63,404 nucleotides of DNA from Octopus bimaculoides. Lineage: Eukaryota. Position 1 is the first letter of the stretch. Each line of letters opens with the position of its first letter. The stretch lies in NCBI RefSeq assembly GCF_001194135.2, contig NC_068985.1, positions 36,363,838-36,427,241 of the forward strand, given 5' to 3'. This document shows positions 52,299-63,312 of this stretch, in pieces. The position numbers and the translations under genes were made by a program. The notes beneath the pieces are model-generated. The model saw nothing but the letters and a program-made list of their open reading frames with translations, did no database searches and was not told the DNA's origin.

Positions 52299-53190
52299 TC
52301 ACCACCTCAGCCCAGGTCTTCCTGGGCCTACCTCTTCGACGGGTTCCCTCAACTGTTAGGGTGTGGCACTTTTTCACACAGCTATTCAATGAATGAGGAT
52401 AGCTGCTTGAAAAAGTGCCACACCCTAACAGTTGAGGAAACCCGTGGAAGAGGTAGGGCCAGGAAGACCTGGGCTGAGGTGGTGAGGCAAGACCTTCGAA
52501 CATTGGGCCTCACCGAGGCGATGACTACTGACCGAGACCTTTGGAAATGTGCTGTGCGTGAGAAGACCCGGCAAGCCAAGTGAGATCGTTGCCAGTGCCC
52601 CTGGACTGGCTCTTGTGCAGGTGGCACATGGGNNNNNNNNNNNNNNNNNNNNNNNNNNNNNNNNNNNNNNNNNNNNNNNNNNNNNNNNNNNNNNNNNNNN
52701 NNNNNNNNNNNNNNNNNNNNNNNNNNNNNNNNNNNNNNNNNNNNNNNNNNNNNNNNNNNNNNNNNNNNNNNNNNNNNNNNNNNNNNNNNNNNNNNNNNNN
52801 NNNNNNNNNNNNNNNNNNNNNNNNNNNNNNNNNNNNNNNNNNNNNNNNNNNNNNNGCGTGGCCGTTGCCAGTACCGCCTGACTGGCCTTCACAGGATTTT
52901 CGAGCGAGATCGTTGCCAGTGCCCTTGGACTGGCTCTTGTGTGGGTGGCACATAAAAGACACCATTTTGAGCGTGGCCGTTGCCAGTACCACCTGACTGG
53001 CCCTCGTGCGGGTGACACGTAAAAGCACCCACTACACTCTCTGAGTGGTTGGCGTTAGGAAGGGCATCCAGCTGTAGAAACTCTGCCAAATCAGATTGGA
53101 GCCTGGTGTTGCCATCCGGTTTCACCAGTCCTCAGTCAAATCGTCCAACCCATGCTAGCATGGAAAGCGGACGTTAAACGATGATGATGA
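52299..53190 (+). mobile_element. RTE LINE 3' fragment with 5' fold-back inversion, tandem-repeat 3' UTR and (GAT)n tail
   Basis: RGRGRARKTWAEVVRQDLRTLGLTEAMTTDRDLWKCAV is an RTE C-terminus. 52299-52385 is an inverted copy of 52399-52485. Tail at about 53180-53190. Confidence 0.88.
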
Positions 53191-54940
53191 TTATCACCAC
53201 ATATCTGTGTGTGTTTTAGTAATATTTGTAACAAACATTGAATGTCAAAGGGAACTTTTTAAATTTCAATGAATGGTTTTATTTACAGTTAAGATTGTTT
53301 CCATGACATATTTAAAAAAAAAAATTCACAACTGTTGTATATCAACAATATTTTAAATAGAAAATTGTATATTTACCTTACAAACAGCAGGATTGACTAT
53401 TTACTACCTGAAGGTTTTTGTAAAATAGTTTAACCACCTACAAAGTTAGTGGCTTTAAGTATTGAAGGAACTACACTTAAGAAAGTGAAATAGGTTTACA
53501 GTAGAATTTTAAAAAGTTTCTCTTTCTTCTAGTCTCCTCATCTTTATTTTTTTCCTTTCACAAACAGTCTTTTATTGTATTTGGAAGTGAAATATTCAAG
53601 GCCATATTTTTGGTGGTATGTAAACAAAAAGTAAAGTTTGAGTAAAAATAAAAGACAAACTTTATTTTTCCTTACATTGCACATATGGGGAATTTAGTGA
53701 ATAAATTTAGTAAACTTCCTTGTTTTTATTTCGTTTCTCAAAAGAAATTACTTGAGAATCATCCTGATCTGATGTTAGTGTGTCACAGAAAGATGAACTT
53801 GGAAACACAGCTTTTATTATAATACAGATTTTTAAATAGTTTATGGTTCCTTATCTCTAAATATTTTCATTCAGTCTTATTACATATTCATACTATTGGT
53901 TTCAAATTTTGGCACAAGACCAGCAATTTCAGGGGAGGATCAAGTTGATTACATCAACCCCAGTATGTGACAAGTACTTATTTTATCGACCCTGAAAGGA
54001 TGAAAGGCAAAGTCAATCTCAGTAGAATTTGAACTCAGAACATATAGGTGAACAAAATGCTGCTAAGCATTTTGCCCTGCATGCTAGTGATCCTGCCAAC
54101 TCATTGCCTTACATATCCATGCTATTGAAGTTTCTTTTTCCATAAAGAAAGTCATATCATTAGATTTTAAAAATTATTTCCCAGCTTAGTCAAATGAAGA
54201 GGAGTAATAACTGTTGTAATGTTGAATCTGGCAAGGCAAAGATAAAAGAAAACCACAACTCATGGGTTGCTGTAGTAGTAAACACCATGTTAGAATAATG
54301 AGTTACCCTCAGGCTGGACTTGGTCTGAATGCTTGCAACAGAGTGGACTCCACTAAAGACACTCAAGGTATCCAGAGCTGATGTGAAACAGCTTAGGTGT
54401 ACTACCCTAGTAAACTGTGTGCAGACTTAAACACAGTTTTGTTCTACTTGATTTTACTCACAAGGCTTGTGTTGATCTAACTTTATGATAAAAGACACTT
54501 TCCCTAGGTGCTAGATTTTAAGTGGATAGGTTGCTTTGTTAGTCTCATAATTTTATTATTTCTTTGTTATAACATCATTAAAAATGTCTTCATGTAGTGA
54601 GTGACTCCATAGAATACACCAGAGTAAATTCTTATGAAACAACTTGAATTGAGCACTGCAAATTAGTTGTCAATTGTACACTGGTGTCACTGCATATAGT
54701 CATAGGATATACTATCTTAGTGAAATCAGCTGTTGAGAGTTAAGTGCTTTTGCTCAGACACAGTTATAATGACAGAATATATATTACTAACCACAGTTTG
54801 TGTTCTCATTTTGCAAATGAAGATTTTTGTAGTTTAGGTTGGGGACAAGATCTGTGATAAAACTGGCTTTGAATGTTATAGAATTTATTTGTTTATAAGG
54901 TTTTCTCAAGTATGTGATAATCTATATTATGTCCTTGTAG

Positions 54941-55128
54941 GAATATATGCCATTACCACCATCAGAAGAGAATGATGATACATCTGGAGAATCGTCATCT
55001 GAAGAACACAAATTACAGTTTTCTTATGTTGAATGTTTAATGTTTACATTCCACCAGCTAGGCCGTAAATGTCCGTCTTTTCTCTCAGATGAAAACAATG
55101 CTGACAGACTAAAGGATTTCAGAGTGAG
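54941..55128 (+). CDS. API5: API5 exon 8
   Basis: ccttgtag acceptor, ag/gtatgt donor; EYMPLPP...LQFSYVECLMFTFHQLGRK. Confidence 0.96.
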
Positions 55129-56140
55129 GTATGTTTCAGAATGTTTAATGTCTCTATAGATCACCGTATGTAGAGAATAGTATTGTTTATTGAATGGGTC
55201 TTTAATGATAGTTAATATTTGCAGAAACACAACAATGTAGGGCTGAGGGTCTTGTTTATTGGGTGGGCCTTTAAGAAATGAGAATATTTTGTGTGTAATA
55301 TATAGTGTAAAACCTGACAACCAGAGGATTGAAACTTTATTACAGAGTCATTTGTCATGTGTCCATGCAGTTCACTGATATGAATTGGTTTAAGAAGGAT
55401 TAGTATGGATATTTTAGATTTTTTTTGACAATGTACAAAGAGGGTTGGGGCTCTGCAATTGATTGCATTAACTCTAGTATATTGCAGTAGTGTGTGTTAC
55501 ATCCAGTATATTGTGGATGCTCAGAGATGGAAGGCAAAACTGATATGTTATGACTTGTTATAAATAAAAGATATTTTATGTGTATGAGAAATTTCATTAA
55601 GTAGATTTAAAATATGTTATACATTGTGCATAACAACAATGTGGGATTTAGCAGGTACTTTTCTGTTTTGTAAAGGCTTTATTTCCAGCATTTTTTCAGA
55701 CCACTAGATTCCAATGGTTTAGTTTTTTCCTCCTTCAAGGTAGAATTGGCTTTTAAATAGAAAATATTTTAGGTTTGTCATCATCGTCATTGTTTAACAT
55801 CTGCCTTCTATGCTGGCGTGAGTTGATGAAATATTTTTTGCGTATTGGTTTGATATGGAGGAGAGGAATGTGTCCATGGCCTTGCAGTCCTTCTGAGCTA
55901 GAATATTTTTATTTTTATACACTTACATACCTGGTAAAATTGATGTAAAAATAGGATTTTTCAAACTACTTTTTATTGAAAGGAAAGAAATAGTTTCATG
56001 AGTGTAGTTGAAAATTTTTAGTTTGAGCCAGAAGCTTGCCCACAAAATTTATTTATAGACATTTGAAAAAAAATTAGCTGGTGATTGCTGAGAATTCATT
56101 AACTATTAAATACTGTATTTAATTGATGTTTTGCTTATAG

Positions 56141-56234
56141 ATTACAATATTTTGCACGTGGAGTGCAAGTGTATATTAAACAACTGAGGACTGCACTACA
56201 TGGGAAAACAGGAGATGCACTAAAAACTGATGAG
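56141..56234 (+). CDS. API5: API5 exon 9
   Basis: cttatag acceptor, gag/gttagt donor; LQYFARGVQVYIKQLRTALHGKTGDALKTDE. Confidence 0.95.
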
Positions 56235-56243
56235 GTTAGTATT

Positions 56244-56550
56244 ACAGTTCTATATTTAAGAGATGAGGAATTATGTACATTATTTACATTTGACGGATAT
56301 TTGTCCTCATCTTGTTTGTTGTTAACACAACTTTTCGGCTGATATACCCTCCAGCCTTCATCAGGTATCTTGGGGAAATTTATTATTCAGGTCACTGCTT
56401 GGAATCGAACTTGGAATCTTGGGGTTAGTAGCCCGTGCTCTTAACCACTATGCCATATGCCCTGATGAAGGCTGGAGGGTATATCAGCCGAAACGTTGTG
56501 TTAACAACAAACAAGATGAGGTCAAATATCCATCAAATGTAAATAATGTA
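56244..56550 (-). mobile_element. tRNA-head plus hammerhead-motif composite element, copy 2, with 90-bp inverted arms and 12-bp TSD
   Basis: TSD gaggttagtatt at 56232-56243 and 56551-56562. Arms 56276-56365 and 56461-56550 differ at 3 of 90 positions. A box TGGCATAGTGG and B box GTTCGATTCC on the minus strand. CTGATGA-A-GGCTG..CAGCC-GAAA in both arms. Confidence 0.85.
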
Positions 56551-56713
56551 GAGGTTAGTATTGTTTTGATATTGTATGTTAGATTAGTCATTCTTCTGTT
56601 TTAAAGCCATATCAGAAAATAATCATATTTACAGACAAATGAATTACCTTGAGAATGTTTCTTTAATTTTTGCTATATATCTTTTTGATTGATACAATTT
56701 CTTGTTTTTTCAG

Positions 56714-56833
56714 AACAAAATCAAGGTCATTGCTCTAAAAATAACTTCTAATATCAATATTTTAATAAAAGACTTGCTTCATAATCCTCCAGTATACAAA
56801 TCAGTGGTCAACTTATCTTGGAAACCTATTCAT
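56714..56833 (+). CDS. API5: API5 exon 10
   Basis: ttttcag acceptor, cat/gtgagt donor; NKIKVIALKITSNINILIKDLLHNPPVYKSVVNLSWKP. Confidence 0.95.
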
Positions 56834-57804
56834 GTGAGTATGAGTGTGTGTGTATGTGTGTGTGCATGTGTGTGTGTGTGTGTATATACATGCACACACA
56901 CACATATATACACACATATATATATTGTTTTGTATTTTAAAAATATAATCTTGTCTAGTAGCTTATGTGTGTGAATATCATTATAGAGGAGATCTGTGTG
57001 TAATCTCCAGTTAAAAAAACACTTGGGAAATGAAACCGACAGATGTTTCTCATCATCATCATTTAACGTCCGTTTTCCATGCTGGCATGGGTTGGACGGT
57101 TCAACTGGGGTCTGGGAAGCCAGGAGGCTGCACCAGGCTCCAGTTTGATCTAGCAGTGTTTCTACAGCTGGATGCCCTTCCTAACACCAACCACTCCGAG
57201 AGTATAGTGGGTGCTTCTTACATGCCACCGGCACAGGGGCCAGAGGGGGCTGGCAACCACCATGATCAGTTGGTGCTTTTAAACATATCCACATTTAAGA
57301 GATACATTAAAAAAAAGAAGGGTTTTATGAAAAAAAATATATCAAAACCTCAATACAAATTGAAGCATCATCATCATCATTGTTGTTGTTTTAATGTCTA
57401 CTCTTCCATGCTTGCATGGGTTGGTTGGAATTCGTTGAGGCAAATTTTCTAATGTTTGGATACTCTTCCTGTTGCCAACCCTGTTTCTAAGTAAGAAAAT
57501 ATTTCCCCTATGACCAGATATGTTTTCATGGAAAATTGGAAATGAAGGACAATGCTTGCATGGAAGTGACACAACTATCACATGATGTCAAGACTGCAAG
57601 ACACACACATACACACACATGCATATGCACACAATTTTTTTGTGGAATAAAACTGACAGGCTGATAAATAAATTTCATGAGGGTTAACACTAATGTATTG
57701 CTTGTGACTGAGATGCTGTTTGTTTAGCTGTTAGAATTTGCAATTGAAGTAAGTCAAGATTTTCCAATCTGATTTGTTGACCTTTTTTACTTTTGTATTT
57801 TCAG

Positions 57805-57836
57805 ATTCCCAGTAAAAGCCCTCCTGCAAGCATAGG
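57805..57836 (+). CDS. API5: API5 exon 11 (32-nt exon IPSKSPPASIG)
   Basis: Strong pyrimidine tract plus cag, gg/gtatgt donor. It converts phase 0 to the phase 2 that exon 12 needs. Confidence 0.75.
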
Positions 57837-59738
57837 GTATGTATTATTTGTCTTTCCTGTTATCATTTACTTGTTTCATTCTTCAGACTATGGCTATGCC
57901 GGGGCACTGCCAAGTGGCTGTGTGGTAAGTAGCTTGCTTACTAACCACATGGTTCCGGGTTCAATCCCACCGGGTGGCACCTTGGGCAAGTGTCTTTACA
58001 AAAGCCTCGGGTCGACCAAAGCCTTGTGAGTGGATTTGGTTGACGGAAACTGAAAGAAGCCTGTCGTGTATATATCATCATCATCATCATCATCGTTTAA
58101 CGTCCGCTTTCCATGCTAGCATGGGTTGGACGATTTGACTGAGGACTGGTGAAACCGGATGGCAACACCAGGCTCCAGTCTAATTTGGCAGAGTTTCTAC
58201 AGCTGGATGCCCTTCCTAACGCCAACCACTCAGGGAGTGTAGTGGGTGCTTTTACGTGTCACCCGCACGAAAACGGCNNNNNNNNNNNNNNNNNNNNNNN
58301 NNNNNNNNNNNNNNNNNNNNNNNNNNNNNNNNNNNNNNNNNNNNNNNNNNNNNNNNNNNNNNNNNNNNNNNNNNNNNNNNNNNNNNNNNNNNNNNNNNNN
58401 NNNNNNNNNNNNNNNNNNNNNNNNNNNNNNNNNNNNNNNNNNNNNNNNNNNNNNNNNNNNNNNNNNNNNNNNNNNNNNNNNNNNNNNNNNNNNNNNNNNN
58501 NNNNNNNNNNNNNNNNNNNNNNNNNNNNNNNNNNNNNNNNNNNNNNNNNNNNNNNNNNNNNNNNNNNNNNNNNNNNNNNNNNNNNNNNNNNNNNNNNNNN
58601 NNNNNNNNNNNNNNNNNNNNNNNNNNNNNNNNNNNNNNNNNNNNNNNNNNNNNNNNNNNNNNNNNNNNNNNNNNNNNNNNNNNNNNNNNNNNNNNNNNNN
58701 NNNNNNNNNNNNNNNNNNNNNNNNNNNNNNNNNNNNNNNNNNNNNNNNNNNNNNNNNNNNNNNNNNNNNNNNNNNNNNNNNNNNNNNNNNNNNNNNNNNN
58801 NNNNNNNNNNNNNNNNNNNNNNNNNNNNNNNNNNNNNNNNNNNNNNNNNNNNNNNNNNNNNNNNNNNNNNNNNNNNNNNNNNNNNNNNNNNNNNNNNNNN
58901 NNNNNNNNNNNNNNNNNNNNNNNNNNNNNNNNNNNNNNNNNNNNNNNNNNNNNNNNNNNNNNNNNNNNNNNNNNNNNNNNNTATATATATATATATATAT
59001 GTATGTATGTGTGTGTGTGTGTTTATGCATTTGTGTTTGTCTCCCCCCAACATCGCTTGACAACCAATGCTGGTGTGTTTATGTCCCTGTAACTTAGCAG
59101 TTTAGCAAAAGCAACTGATAGAATAAGTACTAGGCTTACAAAGAATAAGTCCTGGGGTCGATTTGCGTGATTAAAGGTGGTGCTCCAGCATGGCTGCAGT
59201 CAAATGACTGAAACAAATAAAAAAAAGAAAAAGAAATAACTGCACCCCCACCCACCCTCGTATTTGTTTTTTTTTCTTTCTAACTCTGGTACTTATTCTG
59301 TTGGTCTGTTTTGTCAAACTGTTAAGTTACAGAGACATAAAGAAATCAACATCAATTTGCAGGCAATGATGGGGGACAAACACAAAGATGCATGCATACA
59401 TGCACAGAGAGAGAGAGAGAGAGAGGAGCCTTCTGCACAGTCCCTATCTACTAAATTCACTCCCAAAGCATTGGTTGGTTTTGGGGCTAAAAGACACTTG
59501 CTCAAGGTACTGTGCAATGGGACTGAACTCACAGTCACATGGTTGTAAACTGAACTTCTTAACCACATGGCCATTCCCGTGCCTATTACATATAAAGTAT
59601 TTAATCTGTTTTGAGATATTTTGTCTTTCATAATTGTCTTTCCTCACACAGCACTGTTGAAATCTGTTTTGTCTAGATGTTTCTTAAAATTCCTGAAGTT
59701 TATTTGTGTGTGATTTGGTATCAGTTTATTTAATGATT

Positions 59739-60129
59739 GTGGAGGTGCAATGGCCCAGTGGTTAGGGCAGCGAACTCGCAGTCATAGGATCGTGGTTTCA
59801 ATTCCCAGACCGGGCGTTGTGAGTGTTTATTGAGCGAAAACACCTAAAGCTCCACGAGGCTCCGGCAGGGGATGGTGGCGAACCCTGCTGTACTCTTTCA
59901 CCACAACTTTCTCTCACTCTTACTTCCTGTTTCTGTTGTGCCTGTAATTCAAAGGGTCAGCCTTGTCACACTGTGTCACACTGAATATCCCCGAGAACTA
60001 TGTTAAGGGTACACGTGTCTGTGGAATGCTCAGCCACTTGCACGTTAATTTCACGAGCAGGCTATTCCGTTGATCGGATCAACTGGAACCCTCGAAATCG
60101 TAAGCGACGACGTGCCAACAACAAAACAA
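59739..60129 (+). mobile_element. tRNA-derived SINE, family C, full length
   Basis: Head GCAATGGCCCAGTGGTTAGGGCAGCG...GGTTTCAATTCCC; CAA-rich tail; 11-bp TSD atttaatgatt at 59728-59738 and 60130-60140. Confidence 0.88.
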
Positions 60130-60436
60130 ATTTAATGATTAAGAGGATCATTAGGGTTGTACAAAATACATTTCAGTTTTTTGTTATTGCCCTTTTGAGT
60201 TCAATTCCTGTTGAAATCATCTTTGCCTCTCATCTTTCAAGGGGTTGTATTAAATAAAGTTCCAGTTAATTACTGTGAACTCAATTAACTATATGAACCA
60301 CCTCTCACCACAAAAGTGGGTGGGGATTTTGTGTCAATGTTAGAAATCAACATATTTAGCTGATATTGATTTTCTAAACTTATAAAAAAATATATTGTAA
60401 CGTCTATAGTTAATGTTTTTATTTAAACTATTTTAG

Positions 60437-60561
60437 TATAAAACGCACCAGCAATGAAGGCTTTGATTACAACACGAATCGTAAGTCTCCCAAACAAGAC
60501 AGAGCCTTATATGCTCCTCCTGGTGGTAAATACAGCCAAAAAGCAGGAACATTTCCTCAAG
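60437..60561 (+). CDS. API5: API5 exon 12
   Basis: ttttag acceptor, aag/gtaatt donor; IKRTSNEG...ALYAPPGGKYSQKAG. Confidence 0.88.
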
Positions 60562-61004
60562 GTAATTTAACATTTCTATCATTTTTTTTTTTCATTCAAG
60601 GTATTTTGGATCATTGAATATATAGCTTTACATTTATCAATTTGTGTTGCAAGATTCCTGATATGAAATCGTGTATTGAAACAGGTATTGTTGTANNNNN
60701 NNNNNNNNNNNNNNNNNNNNNNNNNNNNNNNNNNNNNNNNNNNNNNNNNNNNNNNNNNNNNNNNNNNNNNNNNNNNNNNNNNNNNNNNNNNNNNNNNNNN
60801 NNNNNNNNNNNNNNNNNNNNNNNNNNNNNNNNNNNNNNNNNNNNNNNNNNNNNNNNNNNNNNNNNNNNNNNNNNNNNNNNNNNNNNNNNNNNNNNNNNNN
60901 NNNNNNNNNNNNNNNNNNNNNNNNNNNNNNNNNNNNNNNNNNNNNNNNNNNNNNNNNNNNNNNNNNNNNNNNNNNNNNNNNNNNNNNNNNNCTTATTTTA
61001 TCTT

Positions 61005-62303
61005 ATGTCCATTGTCTGGAAAAGGATCACCGAAGAGGTCATAGATCTTTTGTCACATATCTGTGACCTCTTCAGCAACACTTTTTGTTTTCATGTGTGC
61101 TCTTGCTCCACTTACTCCATTCTGCTCTTCTATGATGTGTATCCTTATGTACGCATGTGTTTGTGTGTGTGTTATTGTTCTTAGCAGCTGTATGGCCTTC
61201 CCCTAAGCGCCATCCTCTCACCCCATTGTGCTGTTGCTGTTTTAGGACCTGAAAATTTGGTACAGTTCCTGTATCCCTCTGTGTTTGTGTGTTCACCCAC
61301 AGTGTTGCCATCGTGGTAGTTGTTATTGCCATCGCTGTCACTACTGCTGCTGTCATTGGCCATGTTGTTGATATTGCTGTGGCCGTCTGTGTGTATGGGT
61401 TCACCTTGTATGTTGCTTATATCCATGCCCTTTATATAGATTTATTTATTTATTTATTTATTTATCTTATCTATCTCTTTCTTATGTGTTTCACAAGTAT
61501 ATGCATATATGTCTATTGTGTGTGTATTACCCTGTTTGTATCTGTGTTTTATTTACAATCCTTTTTTTTCCTCTCTCTTCTCCCTTCTGTCTTTAGTCTT
61601 GTGGTGTGGTGGTGGGTGTTACTGTTTCATTTGTGTAACAGATACAAACGGAGTAGTACACATAGACATATATGCACATACCTGTAATACATATAAGAAA
61701 TAGAGCTATATATATATAAATTAATAATAATAATAATAATAAAAATAAATAAATATAATTGTCACATAATTGTGATAAATATAAGAAATAGACATAGATA
61801 ATATATAAATAAATCTATATAAAGAGCATGGAGACAAACAGCATACGAAGCAAAGCGAAGCCATACACACATGCAATAACTTCATGGAGAGCTGCAACAA
61901 TATCAGCAGTACAACCGACAATGACAGCAGCAGCAGCAGCAGGGACAATGATGGCAATAACAACAACAACTGCCATGATGGCAACACCATAGGTGAACAC
62001 ACAAACACATAGGGATACAGGAACTGTACCAAATTTTCGAGTACTAAGACCAACAGCACAATGGGGTGAGAGGATGGGGCTTAGGGGAAGGCCATACTGC
62101 TGCTAAGAACAATGACACACACACACACACACACACACACACAAGCATATCTCCCCCTACCCCTCACACAAACGCATGTGAACATAAGGATACACACCAC
62201 AGTGCAGAATGGAATAAGTGGAGCAAGAGCACACACAAAGACGAAAAGTGTTGCTGAAGAGGTCACAGATGTGTGTGACGAAAGATTTCTGGATAATGGA
62301 CAT
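61005..62303. repeat. Large diverged inverted repeat (~500-nt arms) with hammerhead-like cores at the outer ends
   Basis: About 61005-61490 is the diverged reverse complement of about 61765-62303 (e.g. ggtacagttcctgtatccct / agggatacaggaactgtacc). CTGAAGA-G-GTCACA..TGTGAC-GAAA at 62254-62283. Confidence 0.75.
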
Positions 62304-63312
62304 CAGTTAAAATAAGAACAGTAATAAACGAGTGAAGAACAAATATATAGGGCATGTGTTTATTTGGCAAAAAAAAAGTGACCATCCCAAAATACAACAA
62401 TATATAGCTGCTGGAGAAATTCTGCCTCTTGTTGATTTACTTAGTCTTTGTTTTTAAGCATATTATTGTCACCATGTTGCAGAGAAATAGGTGAGCCTGA
62501 TTTAGAAGAAATGTAAATAGCCTTTGCAGAGAAAATACCATTTCAGTATTACGAAAAGTGGCAAAAGAGAGAGAACTGTAAGCTAATGGTTGTTTGTTGG
62601 TGAATTAATTTTTTGTCAGTCAGCCAATTAACTGTTATCTGGATGTGATTATTAGCACGTCTCCATGTGTGAAGCAGCATTTTCAGATATGTGAATAGTA
62701 TTCCAGTATGAACCTCAATTCAGTTTTGTTAGGGATCAGAAACTAACTAGGGTTGAAATATCCCCTGATCCTAGAGGTTTCCCAATTTCTATGATGCAGT
62801 TTTGGCAATGTTATATATGTGGGTTTGCCATGAGTGATCAATAGACATTATAAGTTATAGCAATTGTAGTAACTTTAGTTGTGTTCATGATTGTAGAAGG
62901 TGAGGTGCCAGTCTGTTTCATAAAGAGAAGAATTTCTCCATAGTAATTGTTTAACTGATCAAATGTGTCACTGTTTATTATTAATGGAAGACTCACTTTA
63001 AATCTCCAAGAGTGTTGATTTTATTTTAGCTGAATGACATCCATAATGATAGAAAGCACAATACTTTGGCTATCACATTACCATTACTACAGACTCTCTG
63101 TAGTCAAAGTTTATTTTAGAACAAATATATTTATATTCAACTTTATGATGATAGTAAACAAAGTTTGTTCTTTTTTTTTTTTTTTTGTGAGATGTATTGT
63201 AAGATATATTTATATTCAGACATAGTTAAATATATTTACTTAATTAATCATTTAAATAAAAAAATTTTTGCCTTCTTTTACTATTTCTCACCTAAGTTTT
63301 TGCTTCTTGCAG

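Noticed and set aside
58149-59097. Long ORFs spanning N runs (also around 30200-30900, 40500-41500, 52400-53000 and 60640-61180)
   Set aside because: Artefacts of translating assembly gaps.
60696-60991. Missing API5 exons hidden in gaps (also 58278-58981)
   Set aside because: Flanking exons already join in phase and cover the expected protein, so no extra exon is required.
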